From assembly GCA_002341165.1 (NCBI GenBank), contig DDNL01000076.1, positions 1 through 32,000 on the forward strand: a stretch of 32,000 nucleotides of DNA, written 5' to 3'. The stretch comes from Shewanellaceae bacterium UBA2521. GTDB lineage: Bacteria > Pseudomonadota > Gammaproteobacteria > Enterobacterales > Shewanellaceae. Position 1 is the stretch's first letter. Each line of letters begins with the position of its first letter. Below, piece by piece: positions 1 to 10,973 of this stretch. The translations under genes and the position numbers were made by a program. The notes beneath the pieces were generated by a model that saw nothing but the letters and a program-made list of their open reading frames with translations, was not told the DNA's origin and did no database searches.

Positions 1-24
1 GTTCAAATCCCTATCTCTCCGCCA
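1..24 (+). tRNA. 3' end of a tRNA gene truncated by the window edge, most like tRNA-Ser
   Basis: GTTCAAATC T-loop, 5-nt T-stem 3' strand, acceptor 3' strand TCTCTCC, discriminator G and an encoded CCA. The implied acceptor 5' strand GGAGAGA and G73 match E. coli tRNA-Ser as I recall it. Confidence 0.6.
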
Positions 25-144
25 AACCTACCTTCTATACAGTGACACAAACACATATCTGAAAGAATAATCAAAACAAATGATAAGGCATATTTCTATC
101 GATGTACGTCTAATTTAAGTCATTAAAGTCTAATAGCGTCTACA

Positions 145-166
145 CTAATAGTTACAACTTCACTAC
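145..166 (-). promoter_or_regulatory. Candidate Ter-like (Tus-binding) site
   Basis: The minus strand reads GTAGTGAAGTTGTAACTATTAG. GTTGTAACTA is an exact match to the 10-nt core of E. coli TerB (AATAAGTATGTTGTAACTAAAGT, recalled). It is intergenic and about 6.5 kb from tus. The G at Ter position 6 is not conserved. Confidence 0.3.
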
Positions 167-184
167 CTTATATTTCAATCACAG

Positions 185-1468
185 ATGAAATATGTACGTG
201 TTTTACCTGTATTGATATTGATACATATATGCTCTTTCCCTGCTTTAAGCAAAACGTTCGATGCGCGTTCTAATGCTATGGGAGGGATAGGGGTCGCAAA
301 TGCTCCTTTAAGAACAGCTGTATTCCATAACCCTTCTCTTATGTCACTTGGTTATACTCAAAACAAAAAAGGTGAAGGTGAAAGCGAGATGCAGTTTTTA
401 TGTATCGATGCAGAAATACACAATATCAAAGAAATCATTAACCGAGCCAATGATTTTGCTCGAAACTTGAACGCTTTTAATAACCTTACAAGCTTAAGCC
501 TTATCAATGCAATAAACAGCCCTGTGTTAGGTAATGTATTTGATTCGCTCGAGCAAATGGCAAAAGTCAAATTATCTCGATTTGAGCTAGGAGCCACAAC
601 CTCTTTTGCAGAGCAGACAAGTGTTGCTTCTTATGCTTTAAGTGTTCAGCGTATTTATGAATTTTTACTTATACCTAGCATAGATAAAAATGAACTCAAC
701 GTCACAGCACTCGCCCAGATTGTAACAAACCCCAGTCATCCAAACCTCAATTCAAATATTTTCTTACTGTACAAAGTACAAACTGATTACACCATTGCAT
801 TTGCCAATACTCTAAAGTGGATATCTGACAACCTTCACTTTGGTATAAATCTGAAATATCAAACTATACAATTAGGTAGCTTTTTTCCTGAACTAAATAG
901 TCCAACAGGTAACCAAGACGTATTCACCAGTAATCCTATAGAGTTCTACAACGATCGCATTGATGATGCTGATTCATATAACAATATCAATGCAGATTTA
1001 GGCTTTGTATTCAAAGCACATCGCCTATTTTTTATAGGGCTTACAATAAAAGATTTAATCCCTCAAACTCACAAGCTCACTCCAAGAAATGGGCTTGAGC
1101 TAGACTATGAGGTCAATACCGTTCCTATATTTGGCATGAGTTATATACACCCTATATTAAGTTTAAATGCACAGGTTGACGTTTACCCTAGACGTCATTA
1201 TGAAAACATTACCGGTACTGTAGGTGAAATCAAAGACGACTCTGATGATGAACAGTTCTTGAGGCTAGGACTTGAAACAAACTACGAAGACACTTTCTTC
1301 TTTCGCGCAGGGTATCGTATCAATTTCAACGCGGTTGAAGATGAAAAATCTTCTTTCTCAGCAGGCTTTGGTTTCCAACCCTTTTCTTTCTTCAACTTTG
1401 ATATTGCAATAAGACTACGTAACCACTACAACTTTGGCGTTACATTTGAAACAGGTTTTTCATTTTAA
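185..1468 (+). CDS. Outer-membrane beta-barrel protein, TraF-like/FadL-like family (putative)
   Basis: N-terminal signal peptide (…SFPALS|KT). An early SNAMGGIGVA motif typical of TraF-like OMPs. Alternating beta-strand pattern and a C-terminal aromatic residue (…TGFSF). Confidence 0.6.
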   Translation: MKYVRVLPVLILIHICSFPALSKTFDARSNAMGGIGVANAPLRTAVFHNPSLMSLGYTQNKKGEGESEMQFLCIDAEIHNIKEIINRANDFARNLNAFNNLTSLSLINAINSPVLGNVFDSLEQMAKVKLSRFELGATTSFAEQTSVASYALSVQRIYEFLLIPSIDKNELNVTALAQIVTNPSHPNLNSNIFLLYKVQTDYTIAFANTLKWISDNLHFGINLKYQTIQLGSFFPELNSPTGNQDVFTSNPIEFYNDRIDDADSYNNINADLGFVFKAHRLFFIGLTIKDLIPQTHKLTPRNGLELDYEVNTVPIFGMSYIHPILSLNAQVDVYPRRHYENITGTVGEIKDDSDDEQFLRLGLETNYEDTFFFRAGYRINFNAVEDEKSSFSAGFGFQPFSFFNFDIAIRLRNHYNFGVTFETGFSF

Positions 1469-1512
1469 TATAGAACCTTAACCTACAACCAAAAAAGGCT
1501 CTATATTCTTAT

Positions 1513-3555
<2,043 letters not shown>

Positions 3556-3672
3556 TTAAAAATTTCAAGCTAACCATTGATTTAAAAAAAACTCAAGATT
3601 TTTTTGTCCTTTTGCCGATAAAACAAGTTACAATCGCTGTTTCATCTTTTATGACTGTAAGCTAGGTTAAGC

Positions 3673-5487
3673 ATGTTAATCAGACTATTGAAGCTGTTTT
3701 GGAAAGGTCTTGATTCATTCAGACGTATCACAATAAATATTATTTTCTTTCTCATTGTCCTTGTTATTCTTTTTGCACCGACTCAAGAGAGCTTTATTAA
3801 TATTCCCGAGAAGGCAGCGCTCGTTTTAAATCTCAGGGGCAATATCGTTGAACAAAAAGAGTTCCAAGATCCACTTGCTATGATGAGCATGAGTGAGCAA
3901 GCCGATTCTATGCAAGAGGAAGTACTCTTAAGCGACATCATCTTTACTATTGAAAAAGCAACCACTGACGACAACATTTCGATGATTGTACTCAGATTAG
4001 AAAAACTCTATAGTGGCTCGATATCTAAAGTCGCTGCGATTGGTAAAGCATTACAGAAATTTAAAGCTGCGGGCAAATCAGTTGTTGCTTTTGGAGAAAG
4101 TTATTCACAAACACAGTATCAACTTGCAAGCTACGCCAATGAGATCTACCTTGATCCTATGGGCTATGTCAAACTAGACGGCTACTCCAACTACCATCTT
4201 TATTACAAAAACGCACTCGATAAGCTTAAAGTCAATCGACATATTTTTAGAGTCGGTCAATTTAAATCTGCTGTAGAACCTTATATCCGTGATGACATGT
4301 CCGAGGAAGCCAAACGATCAAGCTTAATCTGGCTCAAGCAACTGTGGAATCACTACCTCGCCCAAATCAGCGGAAACCGCAAAATTCAGCAGACATCTCT
4401 ACCTCTCACCAGTGCCGAATTAGTTGATGCTGTAAAACAAGTAAAAGGCGACGCGGCTGCTTTGGCGAAAAAATTAAAACTGGTTGATAAGCTCATCGAT
4501 GAGCAAGAGTTTACTCAAATGATCAATGAGCGGGTGGGAGAAAATGACTATCACAGCTTCAGTCATATTCACTTTTATGATTATATGCACCACCTTCAAG
4601 AAAAGCCTTACTCACAGGAAGGTAATATTGGCCTGATCATTGCCCAAGGTGTGATCTATGATGGTCATCAACCACCTGGCGCTATTGGCGGTGATACTAT
4701 GGTTGAGTTGCTCCAACAAGTACATTTTGACCCAACGATTAAAGCTGTTGTCATCCGTATAGATAGTCCTGGTGGCAGTGCTTATGCTTCTGAAAAAATT
4801 CGTAGAGAAATTGCATCGCTCAAAGAATCAGGTAAGCCTGTGGTCATCAGCATGAGTTCGGTTGCTGCATCAGGTGGATATTGGATTGCAATGGATGCAG
4901 ATTATATCTATGCAACACCTACAACACTGACAGGATCTATTGGTGTCTTTAGTGTCATCCCTACATTTGAAGATAGCCTGCAATCTATAGGCGTCACCAA
5001 TGATGGTGTCAGTACAACCGACTGGGCAAGTATCGATTTAACGAGACCTTTAAGCCAAGCTGTCAAGCAAGTCCTACAATTAAGTGTCAATCACACTTAT
5101 AACGACTTTATTGAACGCATCTCTCAAGCGCGAAGTATGGAGATTAAAAAAGTCAATGAAGTGGCTCAAGGACGTGTTTGGGATGGCGAAACAGCACATC
5201 GACTAGGATTAGTTGATGCATTAGGTGATTTAGACGCGGCAATCATAAAAGCCGCAAATCTAGCAGGTGTTGAAGCGCATCGTACACAACTGATAGAGCA
5301 AGAGCTTTCTCCAGAAGAAGAGCTCATGCAGCTTTTATTTGAAGAAGCATCAGGATTTTTAACTCAATCTCCATCTCTCAGTCAACTTCTTCAAGCACAG
5401 CTCGCGCAGCATATAGATACATTCACACCTCTGCTTGAGCTCAATGATCCCAAGCATTTATATTTATTATGTGAAAGCTGTCCATAA
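3673..5487 (+). CDS. sppA: Signal peptide peptidase SppA (protease IV), 67K type
   Basis: 604 aa with an N-terminal TM segment and duplicated ClpP/crotonase-like halves. The second half carries DSPGGSAYASE and SMSSVAASGGYWIA, typical of SppA. Confidence 0.9.
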   Translation: MLIRLLKLFWKGLDSFRRITINIIFFLIVLVILFAPTQESFINIPEKAALVLNLRGNIVEQKEFQDPLAMMSMSEQADSMQEEVLLSDIIFTIEKATTDDNISMIVLRLEKLYSGSISKVAAIGKALQKFKAAGKSVVAFGESYSQTQYQLASYANEIYLDPMGYVKLDGYSNYHLYYKNALDKLKVNRHIFRVGQFKSAVEPYIRDDMSEEAKRSSLIWLKQLWNHYLAQISGNRKIQQTSLPLTSAELVDAVKQVKGDAAALAKKLKLVDKLIDEQEFTQMINERVGENDYHSFSHIHFYDYMHHLQEKPYSQEGNIGLIIAQGVIYDGHQPPGAIGGDTMVELLQQVHFDPTIKAVVIRIDSPGGSAYASEKIRREIASLKESGKPVVISMSSVAASGGYWIAMDADYIYATPTTLTGSIGVFSVIPTFEDSLQSIGVTNDGVSTTDWASIDLTRPLSQAVKQVLQLSVNHTYNDFIERISQARSMEIKKVNEVAQGRVWDGETAHRLGLVDALGDLDAAIIKAANLAGVEAHRTQLIEQELSPEEELMQLLFEEASGFLTQSPSLSQLLQAQLAQHIDTFTPLLELNDPKHLYLLCESCP

Positions 5488-5563
5488 CGACAATACAGGG
5501 CTTAGTACAACTAAGCCCAACTTAAATATCTCTTATTATTATGATCAGACATCGCAATACACA

Positions 5564-6577
5564 ATGAAAAAAAAACCACACATTTATATTATTTACACTG
5601 GCGGCACAATAGGAATGAAAAAAACGCCACAAGGATATGAACCCGAAAGTGGGTTCTTAGGTGCTTTCATTCAAAATTTACCTGAGTTTTTTCATGAAGA
5701 TATGCCTCATTTCACCCTATTTGAGCACAATCCTCTCATCGACTCATCTAATATGTCTCCTTACCAATGGCATGATATTGCATATATCATTCAAAACAAT
5801 TACAAGAAGTACGATGGTTTTGTGGTACTACATGGTACAGATACCATGGCTTATACAGCCTCTGCGCTTTCTTTTATGTTAGAGAACCTCAGCAAGCCTG
5901 TAATTGTAACCGGCTCACAAATTCCTCTTTCACAACTCCGTTCAGACGGACAACAAAATTTGCTGAATTCATTGTATGTTGCAGCGCACTATCCAATTCA
6001 TGAAGTATGCCTCTTTTTCAATAACAAGCTCTTTCGAGGCAATCGTACAACTAAGGTCTGTGCTGACAGCTTTAATGCTTTTAGCTCGCCTAACTACCCC
6101 GCTCTTCTTGAAAGTGGTATTCAAATCAAAGTGCATACAGGCATCGTCTCAGCTCCTCTTCAAAAAAAGCTTAAAGTGCAACCTATACAAACACAGTCTA
6201 TCAGTATGTTAAACCTCTATCCGGGCATTCAACCTGAATTGCTTGAACATGTACTCAACCAACCTATTCAAGCGCTGATTTTGCTCACTTTTGGCGCGGG
6301 CAATGCACCGCAAGATCCGCAAATGCTTGAACAGTTCAAGAAAGCAACGGATCGAGGTATGATCATTGTCAACTTATCACAATGTATGCAAGGCTCAGTG
6401 AATATGAACAGTTATGCCACAGGCCAAACACTACAAAAAGCAGGCATGATTTCAGGCTTTGATATGACCAAAGAAGCCGCACTCACTAAATTACATTATT
6501 TACTCTCTAAAGAGCTATCTCATAAAGAAGTCAGGCGTATGTTTTGCCTTCCGATGAAAGGTGAAATGACGCTATAA
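5564..6577 (+). CDS. ansA: Cytoplasmic L-asparaginase I
   Basis: Start moved to the ATG giving MKKKPHIYIIYTGGTIGM (asparaginase active-site TGGTIG). Also has the HGTDTMAYTA motif. At 337 aa it is the same size as E. coli AnsA. The upstream extension in the ORF track overlaps sppA. Confidence 0.88.
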   Translation: MKKKPHIYIIYTGGTIGMKKTPQGYEPESGFLGAFIQNLPEFFHEDMPHFTLFEHNPLIDSSNMSPYQWHDIAYIIQNNYKKYDGFVVLHGTDTMAYTASALSFMLENLSKPVIVTGSQIPLSQLRSDGQQNLLNSLYVAAHYPIHEVCLFFNNKLFRGNRTTKVCADSFNAFSSPNYPALLESGIQIKVHTGIVSAPLQKKLKVQPIQTQSISMLNLYPGIQPELLEHVLNQPIQALILLTFGAGNAPQDPQMLEQFKKATDRGMIIVNLSQCMQGSVNMNSYATGQTLQKAGMISGFDMTKEAALTKLHYLLSKELSHKEVRRMFCLPMKGEMTL

Positions 6578-6589
6578 CCAAGTACAGCC

Positions 6590-6617
6590 GAGTGCTCTCC
6601 AACACAGACGAGCACTC
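6590..6617. terminator. Hairpin between convergent ansA and tus (possible bidirectional terminator)
   Basis: 8-bp perfect stem GAGTGCTC/GAGCACTC with a 12-nt loop. There is no clear U-tract. Confidence 0.3.
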
Positions 6618-6627
6618 AGCGTCCTGC

Positions 6628-7491
6628 TTATAATTTTAAATAAACATGAATTCTTGGAATAATCGGTTGCCATGCATGTGATGCACGGAATTGTGTTGAA
6701 ACCAGCTCAGGGTTATAGTCTTTTAGATCGGAAACAACGGGCTGCTTCGCATCATGTATCACTAAAATAGGGTTCGTACAAATAAATTGAAGCTGCTTTT
6801 TATTAATATTGGCAATAGGCTGCATAGGTAAGCTGCGATGCACCCTCAACGGCGCACATTCCGAGAGCTCACCGACCCTCTTTATTTCTTGAGCAACTTT
6901 CATTGCGCCTTCATAATGCTGTGTAAGTTGAAGCTGCTCATGTTGTTCATACAATCTTTTTAAAAGTTGGTTGCGCGTAATCTTAGTGATAGATTTTTTA
7001 TTCGCCCAATTAAAATGGATCACATCAGGATTCACTAAAAGACGCAATTGGCGATACACATTAAGAGTAATGATCATAGGAAAAGGATCATGCAACAGCT
7101 TATAACGCTTATTAGAATCTTTTTCTTGCAATAAAGTTTCTTTGATCTGCTCTTTCAGCTGATTGATCAAGTCCACTTGTTCTATGATCTGTTGTTTTTG
7201 CTCAGTTTGAAAACAGAGCACACCTGGTGTTCTGACAGCAAACTTCGTTGAATGATTGGCCTTAGCATACAAGTTAGTTAAAGCATACAGTCCTTGTTCT
7301 ACAGCGGCTACACCCTCATGTGCAGTGACTGATATAACACGCGTGTGCTCAACTTGTGTGTCAGGCTCTATATCGGGTAATTGATAAATAGCCGCATGCG
7401 TTTTTTTGCTTGCTTGAAGTAACAACAAAAGTTGTTTTTGAGTATATTCCAGCCGATGAATTTGCGCTTGAACTTGCAACCCTATCTGCAT
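6628..7491 (-). CDS. tus: DNA replication terminus site-binding protein Tus
   Basis: 287 aa, collinear with E. coli Tus as recalled. Matches: VRTPGVLCFQ (Ec VRLPGVLCYQ), IITLNVYRQL (LITLNAYRTL), HFNWANK (RFGWANK), MQPIANI (VQPIARV), IIPRIHVYL (IIPRLHLYV). Confidence 0.8.
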   Translation of the reverse strand: MQIGLQVQAQIHRLEYTQKQLLLLLQASKKTHAAIYQLPDIEPDTQVEHTRVISVTAHEGVAAVEQGLYALTNLYAKANHSTKFAVRTPGVLCFQTEQKQQIIEQVDLINQLKEQIKETLLQEKDSNKRYKLLHDPFPMIITLNVYRQLRLLVNPDVIHFNWANKKSITKITRNQLLKRLYEQHEQLQLTQHYEGAMKVAQEIKRVGELSECAPLRVHRSLPMQPIANINKKQLQFICTNPILVIHDAKQPVVSDLKDYNPELVSTQFRASHAWQPIIPRIHVYLKL

Positions 7492-7527
7492 AACACATCC
7501 TGAAAAAAAATGATTATTGCATATTAA

Positions 7528-7576
7528 ATTAATTGATTTTGTTTTTTTTATCTACAAAAAAATAAAATCAATTAAT
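7528..7576. repeat. 49-bp AT-rich imperfect palindrome in the tus / MBL-hydrolase divergent intergenic region
   Basis: ATTAATTGATTTT (7528-7540) is the perfect reverse complement of AAAATCAATTAAT (7564-7576). After one mismatch, 7 further T:A pairs extend the stem inward, leaving a 7-nt centre. Confidence 0.7.
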
Positions 7577-7668
7577 CTACTGATCACATAACGATCGCTT
7601 TAAAAGCAAAAACTAGTATAATAGAAACACACCCAACTCTTATGTAAAATAATTAACGTATTTTTACT

Positions 7669-8688
7669 ATGATGAATATTCCTAAAAAGATTTACGTATT
7701 GTGTGGTTTTATTCTTTTCTGTGTTGCATGCAGTATGGCGCAAAAAAGAATACAAAAAAGTGATCATTTTGATGGTCATGTGTATTTCAACCCTTTCCCT
7801 GATTACAAGAAAAAAGGATTTTCTGACTTTATCTCTTGGCGTATGAATAGCGTTTCACCTGTGTGGGAAGAACGAGAAATTAAACCTATCACACACTTAC
7901 CTTCTCAAAGCATAGAGGGCAGTGTGACCTTTATTAATCATGCAACAACCGCCATTCAACTCGATGGTACAGTTGTTTTAACCGATCCTATCTGGGCTGA
8001 ACGCGCAAGTCCTGTTTCTTTTGCTGGTCCAAAAAGATACCATGCGCCTGCATTAAGTTTAAAACAACTTGGCTGGGTTGATATTGTGGTGATCTCTCAT
8101 AGCCATTACGACCATCTCTGCTTAGAAACTCTTATCGAACTAGAAAAACTCTATAGTCCTCTTTTTATAGCCCCTCTTGGCTTAGAAGACTTACTCAGCA
8201 GCCATGATCTTGTGCATATAAAAACTTTAGATTGGTGGGAATCCATCAACCATAAAAACCTGAACATTACACTCGCACCTGCACAACATTGGTCAAAACG
8301 TACTTTATTTAACGACAATCATACGCTCTGGGGTAGCTATTATATTCAATCTAAAAAGCACCGCGTATACTTCGGTGGCGATACAGGTTATGGACCTCAT
8401 TTTAAACAAATTTATGAACGACTAGGTCCTGCTGATTTAGCTTTACTACCTATTGGAGCTTATAAACCAGAATGGTTTATGAAAGATAATCATATGGGAC
8501 CTAAAGACGTGCCCCTTGTAAAAAAAGAGCTGCATGCCAACTATGTTATGGCAATTCATTTCGGAACGTTTCCTTTGGGAGATGATGGACAAGATGAACC
8601 TGAAGAAGTTTTACTCGAAGAAGCAAAGACGCAAGAAGATCCATCACACTACATTGTGCCTAAAGTGGGTCAAAGCCTGATACTCTAG
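7669..8688 (+). CDS. Metallo-beta-lactamase-fold hydrolase (NAPE-PLD-like), exported
   Basis: N-terminal signal sequence (possibly lipoprotein, …FCVAC|S). HxHxDH metal motif (VISHSHYDH). Later GGDTGY and AIHFGTF motifs typical of this MBL subfamily. Confidence 0.7.
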   Translation: MMNIPKKIYVLCGFILFCVACSMAQKRIQKSDHFDGHVYFNPFPDYKKKGFSDFISWRMNSVSPVWEEREIKPITHLPSQSIEGSVTFINHATTAIQLDGTVVLTDPIWAERASPVSFAGPKRYHAPALSLKQLGWVDIVVISHSHYDHLCLETLIELEKLYSPLFIAPLGLEDLLSSHDLVHIKTLDWWESINHKNLNITLAPAQHWSKRTLFNDNHTLWGSYYIQSKKHRVYFGGDTGYGPHFKQIYERLGPADLALLPIGAYKPEWFMKDNHMGPKDVPLVKKELHANYVMAIHFGTFPLGDDGQDEPEEVLLEEAKTQEDPSHYIVPKVGQSLIL

Positions 8689-9197
8689 AGGCTGTGTTTA
8701 ACCCAAATTAAAGTATCTAGCTTAAAACCTAGTTTTTGTGTGCGCTGAAGAAACTTATTTCTTAATGCCTTTGAAATATTTTTTTTGCGCGCCAAAAACC
8801 ATAGATATTTTTTATCTTCACTGCCAAGAAAAGCGTATTGGTAATTTTTATCAAGCTCAAAAATAAGATAAGGCGTGTAAAAGGGGCGAAAAAAAGAAAT
8901 TTTCAATGATCCCACACTTCTTTCGTCAGTAAACTTAGCCCAGCCATTACTTTCTTGTGGCTCACCTTCTTCTATGCACTGAGTCTGAATGCGAATATCA
9001 CCATCTTCATCAAAAGAGTATGTAATCTGTACTTCTTCTTGATTGCGTTCAAACCAATGATCTAAGCGTGCAATTTCGTACCAAGTGCCCATATAGCGAT
9101 CAGGATCAAAATTTTGTATTGGTTTTAGAGTAGTCGTTTCATTTGCGATAGCGGCGTAACAAAAAAAAGTCAAGCACAAGAATATTTTAGATTTCAT
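8685..9197 (-). CDS. blc: Bacterial lipocalin (Blc family)
   Basis: 170 aa with a signal peptide. The lipocalin signature YMGTWYEIARLDHWFERN matches E. coli Blc YLGTWYEIARFDHRFERG as recalled. Its stop overlaps the convergent MBL gene stop (CTAG). Confidence 0.8.
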   Translation of the reverse strand: MKSKIFLCLTFFCYAAIANETTTLKPIQNFDPDRYMGTWYEIARLDHWFERNQEEVQITYSFDEDGDIRIQTQCIEEGEPQESNGWAKFTDERSVGSLKISFFRPFYTPYLIFELDKNYQYAFLGSEDKKYLWFLARKKNISKALRNKFLQRTQKLGFKLDTLIWVKHSL

Positions 9198-9340
9198 TCA
9201 AGGTAATGATAGTTCAACGACACATAATTTTAAGCATAGCATATTAGATGAACATGTATCGCGAAGACATGATGATTAAGTGGTATTTTAAAAGCTATAA
9301 AGCGAACGACTGTTCCAGATCATAAAGAGCTATATTTTTC

Positions 9341-9373
9341 AGGAAGCAAAATGAATCATTCACTTTGCTTCCT
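9341..9373 (-). terminator. Stem-loop just downstream of the U32 peptidase gene
   Basis: 10-bp perfect stem AGGAAGCAAA/TTTGCTTCCT with a 13-nt loop, 8 nt after the stop. There is no U-tract on the minus-strand transcript, so terminator function is uncertain. Confidence 0.3.
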
Positions 9374-9380
9374 ACAAGCT

Positions 9381-10730
9381 TTAACCTTGAGGATTACGTG
9401 TTGTTTGTCCTTCTGATAGATTGCGTAATAGCAAAGCATAATCTAACTGAATATCATCAGGTAAAGGGATCCATACAAAGTGGCCATTACCTTTTGCATC
9501 TTCAATCATTTCTTGTTTGCGGTTACGCATTGCTTCTAAAGTGAAGTTGACATTGCCTTCAGGTGTCATCAACTCTAAAGAATCGCCTACACAGAACTTA
9601 TTTTTCACTTCAACCAAAGCATATCCATCTTGGCGCTCACCTGTGAATTCACCTACAAACTGTTGCGTAGTAGAAATAGAATAACCATATTCATAGTTTT
9701 GATATGCATCATGGCGATGACGACGGAAAAACCCTTCTGTATAGCCGCGATGCGCTAAGCTCTCCAATCCATGCATTAAGTCAGGGTTAAAAGGCTTACC
9801 TTCTGCAGCATCATCAATAGCTTGTCGATACAGCTGCGCAGTACGTGCACAATAGTAGAAAGATTTGGTACGCCCTTCAATTTTAAGCGAATGAACTCCC
9901 ATACCACTTAACCTTTCGACATGCTCAATCGCACGTAGATCTTTGGAGTTCATAATATAAGTGCCATGTTCATCTTCAAAAGCGGCCATCATTTCACCTG
10001 GACGATGCTTTTCTTCCAAAAGCATCACTTCATCTGTAGGTTTTCCTTCACCTAATGTTGGAGGCACTTCCTGAACTTGGACGATATCACCTGTTTCATT
10101 CTCTTTCGCTTCATGTGCTTTATAGCCCCAACGGCATGCATTGGTACAAGTGCCTTGATTTGGATCGCGCTTATTCATGTAGCCCGACAATAAACAACGC
10201 CCTGAATACGCCATACATAAAGCACCATGCACGAAAACTTCAAGTTCCATTTCAGGACAGTTCTGGCGAATTTCTTCTACTTCATCAAGTGAAAGTTCTC
10301 GAGATAAGATAACACGCTCAATACCTTGCTGCGCCCAAAACTTAACACTTGCCCAGTTGACGGCATTCGCTTGAACAGACAAATGAATCACCATTTCAGG
10401 GAAGCTTTCACGTACCATCATAATCAAACCAGGATCAGACATGATCAATGCATCAGGCTGCATCGCAACAATAGGTTCTAAATCTTGAATAAATGTTTTC
10501 AACTTCGAGTTGTGTGGTGAAATATTACACACAACATAAAACTTTTTTCCTTGAGCATGAGCTTCATTAATACCTATTGCTAAGTTTTCATGATCAAATT
10601 CATTATTACGCACACGTAAGCTATATCTTGGCTGTCCTGCATAAACAGCATCAGCACCGTAAGCGAAGGCATAGCGCATATTTTTTAAGCTTCCTGCAGG
10701 AGAAAGCAATTCAGGTTTTAGCATAGTCAT
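9381..10730 (-). CDS. yegQ: U32 family peptidase / tRNA hydroxylation protein (YegQ/TrhP type)
   Basis: Start moved to MTMLKPELLSPAGSLKNM, the typical U32 N-terminus. Has the U32 signature EVFVHGALCMAYSGRCLLS. About 449 aa. Confidence 0.85.
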   Translation of the reverse strand: MTMLKPELLSPAGSLKNMRYAFAYGADAVYAGQPRYSLRVRNNEFDHENLAIGINEAHAQGKKFYVVCNISPHNSKLKTFIQDLEPIVAMQPDALIMSDPGLIMMVRESFPEMVIHLSVQANAVNWASVKFWAQQGIERVILSRELSLDEVEEIRQNCPEMELEVFVHGALCMAYSGRCLLSGYMNKRDPNQGTCTNACRWGYKAHEAKENETGDIVQVQEVPPTLGEGKPTDEVMLLEEKHRPGEMMAAFEDEHGTYIMNSKDLRAIEHVERLSGMGVHSLKIEGRTKSFYYCARTAQLYRQAIDDAAEGKPFNPDLMHGLESLAHRGYTEGFFRRHRHDAYQNYEYGYSISTTQQFVGEFTGERQDGYALVEVKNKFCVGDSLELMTPEGNVNFTLEAMRNRKQEMIEDAKGNGHFVWIPLPDDIQLDYALLLRNLSEGQTTRNPQG

Positions 10731-10912
10731 AAATAAAAAACTCGTTACTCGTTGTTCTAAAGAATAAAGCGTCACACGCCATTTCTATGGTGAATATACA
10801 AAGTTAGCTATTCTACCCACTTCACTTATAAATAGCTAGCTAAGGTGATAAGAAGCCCACTGTAGCGCTTGCTACGAAGCAATTACCCTATAATGGCTAA
10901 AATGTAACAATA

Positions 10913-10941
10913 TTGACATCACCTTGAAAAAGGTTTACAAT
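10913..10941 (+). promoter_or_regulatory. Sigma70-type promoter for the BCCT transporter gene
   Basis: TTGACA (10913-10918), a 17-bp spacer, then TACAAT (10936-10941). It lies about 30 nt upstream of the ATG at 10974. Confidence 0.5.
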
Positions 10942-10973
10942 CGGTTGTTACACTCCTACTAAATATCTACTCT

